Source: an uncultured Nitrospiraceae bacterium (GTDB lineage: Bacteria > Nitrospirota > Nitrospiria > Nitrospirales > Nitrospiraceae). Taken from it: DNA of 64,000 bases. The notes under the pieces were generated by a model. That model was not told the DNA's origin, searched no databases, and worked only from the letters and a program-made list of their open reading frames with translations. The stretch is taken from the NCBI GenBank assembly GCA_963706325.1, contig CAVPLT010000004.1, forward strand, positions 96,001 to 160,000. Reading direction: 5' to 3'. The position numbers and the translations under genes are program-made. This document shows, piece after piece, positions 56,392 through 64,000 of this stretch (its first letter is position 1; each line of letters begins with the position of its first letter).

Positions 56392-56464
56392 AGCGGCACT
56401 ATAGCTACCGCCTAAGTCCACTGCAAGCTGCCTTGTTCCCAATTTCTTGGTGATAGCAATTTTT

Positions 56465-56878
56465 ATGGATAAGGCAAAAAGGGACAGCCCAATATCCCAG
56501 CACCAGTCCTGTACAGTCATTTATGACGGGCAGTGTCGATTCTGTGTGAAAAGTAAGGAAGGAATTGAACGGCTGTCTCGCTCAAAGCAATTAACTACGG
56601 TCCGATACATCCCCTATCAAAGCCTGGAGGCCGAACTGGTGCTTGGCTCTGAGTATCGGCCTGGCCGACCGGAGGTTGCTTACTGGGTCGCCGCCGACGG
56701 GCAGATTCGACGAGGGCTAGATGCTATTTTGCCTTTACTCCCAAGAATTCCCGGTGGTCGATTGCTCGCTGCCTTTCTTGCAATGCCTGTTTTCAAGCCG
56801 ATGGGTTCTTGGCTATACAGGTTCGTCGCTCGTAATCGCTATCGTTGGTTCGGTGCCGTTGACGGGAACCCTCGATAA
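56465..56878 (+). CDS. DCC-family thiol-disulfide oxidoreductase (DUF393)
   Basis: VIYDGQCRFC; YRFVARNRYRWFG. Confidence 0.88.
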   Translation: MDKAKRDSPISQHQSCTVIYDGQCRFCVKSKEGIERLSRSKQLTTVRYIPYQSLEAELVLGSEYRPGRPEVAYWVAADGQIRRGLDAILPLLPRIPGGRLLAAFLAMPVFKPMGSWLYRFVARNRYRWFGAVDGNPR

Positions 56879-57021
56879 ACAGCCTCTTTACCTCCTTTCT
56901 TCCCAACCTCATCAATAGTTCAACCGAAAACCCATCTTTAGCAGGGTTGGCCACAGCCCGTGTGTCATTTACTGCATGGTGTGAAGCGGGTGAGAATCCG
57001 TTTCACACTAGGGAGGCACAC

Positions 57022-57978
57022 GTGGCCCAATATCCATTTCTAAAAACAGTTGTAGCTAGAATCATTCGACGGAAACAAGGCAGCAATCAGCAGGATAAAG
57101 GTCTTGGATTACCGCAGAGGCGAATGGCCTTCATGGCGTCGCCGGTGGCTGTCATCCTGTTCGCGTCGACATATTCCGTTGCTACTCCTATTCATTTCCC
57201 TATGGAAACTTGGCCCATCATAGAAATGGATGGAGTTACAGTAACGCAATCGCCTGCAGCTCATTCCGCTTTATTGGCTGCTGCATTTGGGTTTCAGTCA
57301 GTAGGATCTTCAACCATCACAGTTCGAACGTATGATGGGCCCACGGGAGCGATATTATCCGAAGATGCATTTGATGTGAATGTCAAAGAAGAGGGCGTGG
57401 CGGAGCACGATGAGAATAGAGGACGGATTTTTGCCGGTGGGATAGGGACCAACTCGGAGGGAAAATCAAAATTTATGTTACGGGTATATGACGCGGAAAC
57501 CGGACGGTTTCTCTGGGAAGGGCAACTGAATTTGCTGAAATTTGGGGAAGGAGCAATGACGCGGGCGAGCGCTGTACTCATCCCGAATAACCCTGTAATA
57601 GTTCAAAACGCCGCCATTGTTCAAAAACCTCTCCAAACTCTCTTCTCCGTCCGAGCCGTGAACTCCAGGACTGGCGGGCTCGTGTGGCAGGACCAGTTTG
57701 CTCCTGGCAGTCGAAGTCGGACAGAGGGGGAAGGTGCGCTATTTGATATGCCGAGAACGATGCCGATCCATGAACCGATCGGGCATATATTTGATTTGGT
57801 TGTACGAACCTACGACCGCACATCCGGAACGTTACTATGGGAGGATTCCTTCGAGCAACTGGACCGCATTGAGGAACCTGAGGGTGAGCCAGAGATGCAT
57901 GCCTACCCTCAGGCGATCCCGTCTTGGATCCCTATTGGATTCGAGGGGGCCAGAAGCCATCGGACGGCGCTGCGATAA
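57022..57978 (+). CDS. Hypothetical protein with repeated beta-propeller-like motifs
   Basis: GGAGG plus GTG 57022; four repeats of (V/L)RxY/VD/NxxTGx(I/F/L)(L/V)(W/S)E/Q. Confidence 0.6.
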   Translation: MAQYPFLKTVVARIIRRKQGSNQQDKGLGLPQRRMAFMASPVAVILFASTYSVATPIHFPMETWPIIEMDGVTVTQSPAAHSALLAAAFGFQSVGSSTITVRTYDGPTGAILSEDAFDVNVKEEGVAEHDENRGRIFAGGIGTNSEGKSKFMLRVYDAETGRFLWEGQLNLLKFGEGAMTRASAVLIPNNPVIVQNAAIVQKPLQTLFSVRAVNSRTGGLVWQDQFAPGSRSRTEGEGALFDMPRTMPIHEPIGHIFDLVVRTYDRTSGTLLWEDSFEQLDRIEEPEGEPEMHAYPQAIPSWIPIGFEGARSHRTALR

Positions 57979-57982
57979 CAGG

Positions 57983-59422
57983 TTAAGACTTCGGCTGAGC
58001 CAGCGTGGATCCCAGGCTGTCGGCCCATTGTTGTTGGAAGTGGTCGTAGGACAGTAGAAGCCTGTCTTGCATGGCGGCGGCGATGGTTTGACGGGTTTTC
58101 AGGTGGAGGAGCAGCTCGTGCACCTTCGGCATGCCGAATCGTTCAATCAGATAATGGGTGGCGGTATTGGCTTCCATGTAAGCGGCGCTGGCCTTGTCTG
58201 CCGGTAGGCTTTCCCAGCTTCCCTCAAGTGCAGTCAATGGAATCAAGCTGTACTCTCCGGGAACCATGCCCTTTAATTCCTGCCAGGGATCACCGGCCAA
58301 TTGCATCGCCAAGCCTTCATTGAGCCATGTGGGAATTGTCCCGCCGGTTGCGCCTAATTCATCTTGGATGAGGGCATGGACAAATTCATGTCGCAGTACG
58401 CGAGTCAGCCACGCTCGATCCGTTGCAGCTCCTTGAGTGGGGATTTGAATGCGTCCGAGGACAGGGTCGAACAGTCCGTCTGCCCAACTGGGGCTACCCG
58501 TAACACTGGGGAACTGATTCTTCGTGTGGAGAACCACAATGATCGGTCTTGAGGGGAAAAAGTTAAATTTCTGGCCGATTTCTCGATAGGCCTCTTCGAG
58601 AACATCAAGGACGGTGGTCCATGTCGAGGGATCTTCATTCCCATCGTATTTCACTGTGAAATGAACGCTGCTGTGGGTAGAAAACTTTTCGTCGATCTTC
58701 CCGGCGCGGTGGACTTTCGCTGTAACAGCCTTCAAGTAAGATTGCAGGCCAGGGTCTTTTTTGATTCGCTCCTTTGCCTTGTCCAGGTGTTTATCAGCTT
58801 CTGCGAGCTGACCTTTTTCTTGTAACAGGTCCGCAATGGCAACATGTGGGAATGGTTCGTCCGGGGCCAAGCTCAACACCTTTCTTAGGAAACCTTCCGT
58901 GAGTGCGGGATCCCGAAGGCCCCAGTAGGCATTGGCGAGGTTGAGATGGGCAACCGGGTTTTGTGGGTCGAGGGCGACGGCTTTCTTAAAGGCCTTCACG
59001 GAAACTTCAGTCCCACTGATCTTTTCTTGAAGGATGCCTAGATTGTTCCACAAGATGGCCACGTGTCGTTTGGTGGCCGATTCCGTAAATAGTGATGATG
59101 GTAGCTCCTCCAGTTTCGTTTCAGCCACGGCCAGGTTGCGCTTCTCCAGCTCCTCATGAATCGCGCCGAGCAGTTCCGAGTGCCTCGGAACCGGAATACT
59201 GACAGGATCGATGGTCCGAGACCGTTGGATCTCCACGGCGACATGTTCTTGCGGCGGTGCCAGAGGAGCTGAGGACGCAGTGGGCTGCTGTTCAATGATA
59301 ACCTGCGAAGGAGCCGGTGTTTCGTGGAAATAGTGAGGCTTCAGCCAGGCTTGATAGACGATGAAGAGCGTGATCATAATGAAAAGAGGGCCCAGGATGT
59401 GTTTAATATTGCGCCGATACAT
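57983..59422 (-). CDS. TPR-containing peptidase MA-family zinc metalloprotease
   Basis: N-terminal TM and TPR repeats; HEFVH followed by PTWLNEGLA. Confidence 0.85.
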   Translation of the reverse strand: MYRRNIKHILGPLFIMITLFIVYQAWLKPHYFHETPAPSQVIIEQQPTASSAPLAPPQEHVAVEIQRSRTIDPVSIPVPRHSELLGAIHEELEKRNLAVAETKLEELPSSLFTESATKRHVAILWNNLGILQEKISGTEVSVKAFKKAVALDPQNPVAHLNLANAYWGLRDPALTEGFLRKVLSLAPDEPFPHVAIADLLQEKGQLAEADKHLDKAKERIKKDPGLQSYLKAVTAKVHRAGKIDEKFSTHSSVHFTVKYDGNEDPSTWTTVLDVLEEAYREIGQKFNFFPSRPIIVVLHTKNQFPSVTGSPSWADGLFDPVLGRIQIPTQGAATDRAWLTRVLRHEFVHALIQDELGATGGTIPTWLNEGLAMQLAGDPWQELKGMVPGEYSLIPLTALEGSWESLPADKASAAYMEANTATHYLIERFGMPKVHELLLHLKTRQTIAAAMQDRLLLSYDHFQQQWADSLGSTLAQPKS

Positions 59423-59584
59423 GGGTCTCCTTCTGCATGTCCTACGCAAATCACTCTAGCACTGAGCCGGGGAAGCACCAAGGAAAGTCACAAAACCAGC
59501 GGCCGACCCATAGTTGTCTTTCCCTTCTCAACGGAGGTGCCTCGTTGAGCAGCAGACATTGCTGTGGTACGATTCCAACCCAGG

Positions 59585-62125
59585 ATGCCACGTCCTGATT
59601 CGCGCGACTCTCACGACCCCTTTAACGCTTTCCTTCAACGTGTGGCCAGACCGATTGAGTTTGCCTGCCGAGATGCCTACGCCCATCTTTCGACGGTCAA
59701 AAACCTCGAAGGCTTTGTGTCGGAACAAGTCATTGGGGTGCTTGGCGAGCGAGTATATCCGCGAGCGCTTGAGACGGAATTACTATTGCTCCGCAATCTG
59801 TTCGTTGGTTTCCACACGCATCTGTCATCTCAGGAACAACAGGGTCGGCTCTCTCGGGCACTGGACCTCCTTCGTCGTCTGCAGCGAGGGCAAAGTGTGA
59901 TCAATCCGCCGAATGTCTTGTTGGGTGAGGAACAGCCCGCAGCTGACCCAGTTCGTTCAGATTCTGCACGACCGTTGTGGGAGATACCGATTCAGTTTGC
60001 GAAGGGAGTCGGTCCGAAACGGAAGATCCTATTGGAGCGCCTGGGAATCTCCACCATAGAGCAGGCGCTCTGGACCCTGCCCTGGCGGTATGAGGACCGT
60101 TCGGTGGTGACTGCGATAGGTAGACTCGTTCCGGGAGCCACCCACACCATCTGCGGGGTGATCGTTCAAGCGGAGCAGACTCGAGCGCGGTCCCGCCGTT
60201 TGTCTATTCTGGATGTGGTGGTTGAAGATAGTACAGGGATGGTGCATGCCGTATTTTTCAATCAGCCCTATTTGGAAGAGGTCTTGAAACAAGGCGCGCG
60301 AGTCATGATGGCGGGGCGTGTGACTGCCGGTCGGCGCGGATGGATGGACGTGCGGCTAGAGCCGACGCAATTTGAAGTGTTGAGCGGAGCAGAGGATGAG
60401 CTGCTGCATGTGGGCCGGATCGTTCCAATCTATCATGAAACGAAAGGGTGGACGTCTCGTCACATGCGTGTCCTCATCCATGGACTGCTGACGGAATACG
60501 GGGCCAAGGTGGAAGAAGTGCTGCCACTTTCAGTTCGCGCGCGCCACCGCCTGTCGCCGATCAGCGCCGCGATTCGACAGGTGCATTTCCCACCACCGAA
60601 GACAGATCTTGCCGCCCTTGACCGAGGAACGACAGCCGCCCACCGCCGTTTGGCCTTCGAGGAGCTGTTTCTGCTGCAGGTGGCTTTGGTGCTACGTCAG
60701 CGGGAGACCAAAGAAGAAGTTAAGCCATTCCGTTTCGATCCCCATGTTCCACAGTTGAAGCAGCTCGTGCAACTGTTGCCTTTTACCCTCACCTCTGCAC
60801 AGGAACGCGTGTATCGGGAGATTCAAGCCGACATGGTGACGTCGCGGCCGATGAATCGGTTGGTGCAGGGTGATGTTGGCTCCGGAAAGACCGTGGTTGC
60901 GCTCCATGCTCTAGTCATGGCCTGTGGATCGGGTTGCCAAACGGCACTCATGGTCCCGACAGAAATCTTGGCCGAGCAGCATTATCTGAATCTCAAACCG
61001 CTGCTGGAGGCGGTGGGTCTGCACACGGTGGTTTTGACGAGTGGCGGTAAGGTCAAGGAGCGGAATGAGAAATTGAAGCAAGTGGCGTCAGGCACGGCGC
61101 ACGTAGCCATTGGAACCCATGCGTTGATTCAAAAGAACGTGCACTTCTCCAAGCTTGGACTTGTGATCGTGGATGAACAGCATAAATTCGGCGTACTGCA
61201 GCGAAAAATGCTGCTCGACAAGGGATATCGGCCGGATGTTCTGGTCATGACCGCCACGCCGATTCCGCGCACTTTGGCCATGACCGTGTACGGGGATTTA
61301 GATCTGTCAGTGATTGACATGCTGCCGCCGGGCCGTATGCCGGTGCGGACGTTGCTCTATAGTGAAGGTCAACGGCACAAGGCGTGGCAGCTGGTCAGGG
61401 ATGAGTTGAAGGCCGGCCGACAGGTCTATATCGTCTATCCCTTGGTGGAGGAGTCTGAGAAGGTCGATCTCAAGGCGGCGATCCAGGGGGCGGAACATCT
61501 GCAGCGCGACGTCTTCCCGCAGGCACGGGTGGGATTGCTCCATGGAAGGATGAAGAGCGCTGAGAAAGAACGTACTATGGCGGCCTTCAAGGCCGGGTCG
61601 ATTCAGATTCTCGTGGCGACCACCGTGATCGAGGTCGGGGTGGATGTTCCAAATGCGGCAGTGATGGTGATCGAGCACGCCGAACGGTTTGGCTTGGCAC
61701 AATTGCATCAATTGCGCGGACGGGTCGGCAGGGGTGCTCATCAATCGCTTTGTCTGCTCATGGCTTCTTATCTCGCGCGCGAGCCCCGAGCGCGGGTTAG
61801 TCGTGATGGGGGGGCGGAGCAGGCTGTTTCTCACGCACAACAGCGGCTGGCGGCGCTGGTCAACTCGAACGACGGATTTCTGATTGCCGAGCAGGATCTC
61901 CGGATCCGGGGCCCCGGTGAGTTTTTGGGGTTGCGGCAGTGGGGAGTGCCGGAGTTTCGGGCAGCCAATCTCGTGCGTGACGTTGACCTGTTGGAACAGG
62001 CCAGGCAAGAGGCCACTACGTTACTGGAACAGGATCCCGTTCTGACATGGCCTCAGCACCGCGCATTCAAAGGGGCAATGCTTCGACGTTGGCATGCTAA
62101 GCTCGCGTTGGGGGATGTGAGCTAA
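59585..62125 (+). CDS. recG: ATP-dependent DNA helicase RecG
   Basis: QGDVGSGKT, PTEILAEQH, DEQHKFG, MTATPIPR, QLHQLRGRVGRG, DLRIRGPGE. Confidence 0.97.
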   Translation: MPRPDSRDSHDPFNAFLQRVARPIEFACRDAYAHLSTVKNLEGFVSEQVIGVLGERVYPRALETELLLLRNLFVGFHTHLSSQEQQGRLSRALDLLRRLQRGQSVINPPNVLLGEEQPAADPVRSDSARPLWEIPIQFAKGVGPKRKILLERLGISTIEQALWTLPWRYEDRSVVTAIGRLVPGATHTICGVIVQAEQTRARSRRLSILDVVVEDSTGMVHAVFFNQPYLEEVLKQGARVMMAGRVTAGRRGWMDVRLEPTQFEVLSGAEDELLHVGRIVPIYHETKGWTSRHMRVLIHGLLTEYGAKVEEVLPLSVRARHRLSPISAAIRQVHFPPPKTDLAALDRGTTAAHRRLAFEELFLLQVALVLRQRETKEEVKPFRFDPHVPQLKQLVQLLPFTLTSAQERVYREIQADMVTSRPMNRLVQGDVGSGKTVVALHALVMACGSGCQTALMVPTEILAEQHYLNLKPLLEAVGLHTVVLTSGGKVKERNEKLKQVASGTAHVAIGTHALIQKNVHFSKLGLVIVDEQHKFGVLQRKMLLDKGYRPDVLVMTATPIPRTLAMTVYGDLDLSVIDMLPPGRMPVRTLLYSEGQRHKAWQLVRDELKAGRQVYIVYPLVEESEKVDLKAAIQGAEHLQRDVFPQARVGLLHGRMKSAEKERTMAAFKAGSIQILVATTVIEVGVDVPNAAVMVIEHAERFGLAQLHQLRGRVGRGAHQSLCLLMASYLAREPRARVSRDGGAEQAVSHAQQRLAALVNSNDGFLIAEQDLRIRGPGEFLGLRQWGVPEFRAANLVRDVDLLEQARQEATTLLEQDPVLTWPQHRAFKGAMLRRWHAKLALGDVS

Positions 62126-62162
62126 GCGGCAGGGAAGCTGTCGATTTGGTGGAGGCCGACAC

Positions 62163-62489
62163 ATGGGAATGTTGCAACGCCTGAGTCATGATTTGCGCGC
62201 CGGCTGGGTGACCCTGCGGCATGGAACAGCCAAGGCTGCCACCCGCGCGTTGGAAGAGGGGGAGTTGCTTCACTATCGTTTGGAATTGCGCAAAGTCGAT
62301 CAGCAACTCGACGACCTGCACAGTGACATCGGCGAACGAACGATCGAGTTGCATGATCGTGGTGAAACAGCCGATCGCATTCTGTCCGATTCGGAAGTCA
62401 CCCGCATGATGCAACAGGTGCGGGCTTTTCAGGACGAGCGGACCAAACTGTTGCTCGAAATGAATGATATCGCGTTAGACGCGGAATGA
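62163..62489 (+). CDS. Hypothetical coiled-coil protein
   Basis: GGAGG RBS; 108 aa, helical. Confidence 0.7.
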   Translation: MGMLQRLSHDLRAGWVTLRHGTAKAATRALEEGELLHYRLELRKVDQQLDDLHSDIGERTIELHDRGETADRILSDSEVTRMMQQVRAFQDERTKLLLEMNDIALDAE

Positions 62490-62499
62490 GGCAGAGGGC

Positions 62500-63456
62500 A
62501 TGACCGTCTCACCGAGCGCTTCGGTACGAATTCTTGCCGGTGTCGATATCGGCACGTTGACCTGTCGCTTGCTCATTGCAGAAATTTCCCCGTCCGGTGG
62601 GCTTCGAGCACTACGATCCGATCGGCGCATCCTTCGGCTCGGGCAGGGCGTCGATCGGGATGGTGTGTTGCGTACTGATGCCATGGAGCGGGTGGTTGCC
62701 ACGCTGAAAGAGTGGCGTCACCTGATCGACGACTGTCAGGTGGAAAGCTCAGCGGCGGTGGCGACGAGCGCGGTGCGCGATGCGAAGAATCGAGAAGAAT
62801 TTCTTCGCCGAGTGAGGATTGAAACCGGTTTTGAAGTTGAGATCATCTCTGGTGAGGAAGAGGCGCGCCGGACCATGCTCGGTATTCGTTCCGGCTTGCC
62901 GACCGGCGTGACGGAGCTGTTGGCGGTAGATATCGGTGGAGGGAGCACGGAGTGTATTGTGGACCGTCCCGGCCGGCCGACGATGGCCCGGTCAATTGAT
63001 ATCGGCGTGGTACGGCTGAGCGAAAGGTTTCTCCATGGCGATCCTCCGACGACTAAAGAAATTCAGCAAGCGCGTGAGTGGGTGAGAAATGAAACCGTGG
63101 CCGCTATCGCTGGCATGCCTCGTCCGAACGGACTCACGTTCGTCGGCACGGCGGGAGCAATCACATCACTGGCCGCAATGGCCCAGCAGTTGCCGACCTA
63201 TGAACCGACTAGGATTCATAATTATTTGTTGAAGCTGGAGACGGTTAAACAGTTAGAGCAGCAGTTGCTGAGCCGCTCGAAGGTGCAGCGAGAAGGCCTG
63301 CCCGGTCTCGAACGAGGCCGGGAGGAAGTCATCGCCGCTGGCGCCATCATCTTGCGTACGGTAATGGAGACACTCCAACAGACGGAGTGTCTGGTCAGCG
63401 ATCTGGGGCTACGTGAGGGCGTGCTGATCCATCTCGCGCGCGTCGTCAGGCTGTAA
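62500..63456 (+). CDS. ppx: Ppx/GppA family phosphatase
   Basis: GVDIGT, ATSAVRDAKN, ISGEEEA, DIGGGSTE, GLREG. Confidence 0.9.
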   Translation: MTVSPSASVRILAGVDIGTLTCRLLIAEISPSGGLRALRSDRRILRLGQGVDRDGVLRTDAMERVVATLKEWRHLIDDCQVESSAAVATSAVRDAKNREEFLRRVRIETGFEVEIISGEEEARRTMLGIRSGLPTGVTELLAVDIGGGSTECIVDRPGRPTMARSIDIGVVRLSERFLHGDPPTTKEIQQAREWVRNETVAAIAGMPRPNGLTFVGTAGAITSLAAMAQQLPTYEPTRIHNYLLKLETVKQLEQQLLSRSKVQREGLPGLERGREEVIAAGAIILRTVMETLQQTECLVSDLGLREGVLIHLARVVRL

Positions 63457-63571
63457 TTTTTTTCATGCCGTCATTTCAGGTGACCCCCTCCAGGTTTACT
63501 TGCTTCCACGCGTAGATCAAAGTTCGGATAATCCTACTAGCGCTGATTAAAACTCAATGATATAGGGCGCG

Positions 63572-64000
63572 TTACCGCTGCGAATACCAGCGGAGCCCGC
63601 TCTTCTGTTCGGTGAAGCTTGCAGGAGGGGTGCCGCCTGGTTTTTCCAGGAGCAGCACTTTGAAGTCGATGAGCCCGAACCAGGCTGGGTCGGCAATGTC
63701 GTGATAGTGGCAGCCTTGCAGCTTGGGAAGCATGCCGCCCAAAGTTTTCGTGAGTTCCCCTTCGCTATAAGCACGCACGGCGAAGTTCTGGCCGAGACCC
63801 AGACAAAAGCGTTGGATTGTGTAGGCCGCTCCAGTGCAGAGGACCTTGGTGTCCGGCTTGATCTGCAAAAACTGCGGAAGCGACAGGTACCGCTCCTGAA
63901 AACCGAGCCACCGAACCGCTTGCCGTAGGTGGCTGTACTGCACTTCATATTCCGTGTGGTGTGGGAGTTTGACGGCAGCTGGCCAGCCTTCTTCGATCCC
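63572..64000 (-). CDS. 3' part of an uncharacterised protein (start outside the window)
   Basis: The frame of ORF 63572..63943 stays open to the window end (GIEEGWPAAVKLPHHTEYEVQYSHL...). Confidence 0.6.
   Translation of the reverse strand, partial: GIEEGWPAAVKLPHHTEYEVQYSHLRQAVRWLGFQERYLSLPQFLQIKPDTKVLCTGAAYTIQRFCLGLGQNFAVRAYSEGELTKTLGGMLPKLQGCHYHDIADPAWFGLIDFKVLLLEKPGGTPPASFTEQKSGLRWYSQR

Overview
This 64-kb window is very probably from a canonical nitrite-oxidising Nitrospira; the chlorite dismutase, cyanase and overall gene content point that way. The first ~34 kb is a nitrogen-assimilation supercluster: outer-membrane porin, urtABCDE, ureABC-ureFGD (no ureE), nadE, a decayed outer-membrane gene, amt, glnK/B, glnD, glnA, FNT transporter, cynS, a small wHTH gene, nirA, a CBS protein, an AIPR-family insert and two divergent GlnE-like genes. 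The rest is mostly housekeeping: groESL, an rpoH-like sigma, a narK-like MFS, ribBA-ribH-nusB-purB-cld-purC-purSQLF, recG and ppx, plus a decayed lasso-type B2/nucleotidyltransferase remnant. The strongest unannotated signal is a set of RNA leader elements. Five pairs of small hairpins carry hexaloops, AAnGnn in 9 of the 10. Four pairs overlap intrinsic terminators and one overlaps an RBS/start-codon-sequestering helix. Three of the leaders lie behind the same TTGACR-N18-TATACA promoter-like sequence. This looks like an ANTAR-type (NasT/NasR/GnfR-like) antitermination regulon for urea, ammonium, cyanate and nitrite assimilation. No ANTAR protein is encoded in this window. Two families of structured intergenic repeats are also present. 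Several genes carry frameshifts that may be sequencing errors. All family assignments come from motif recognition by eye; no database search was run.
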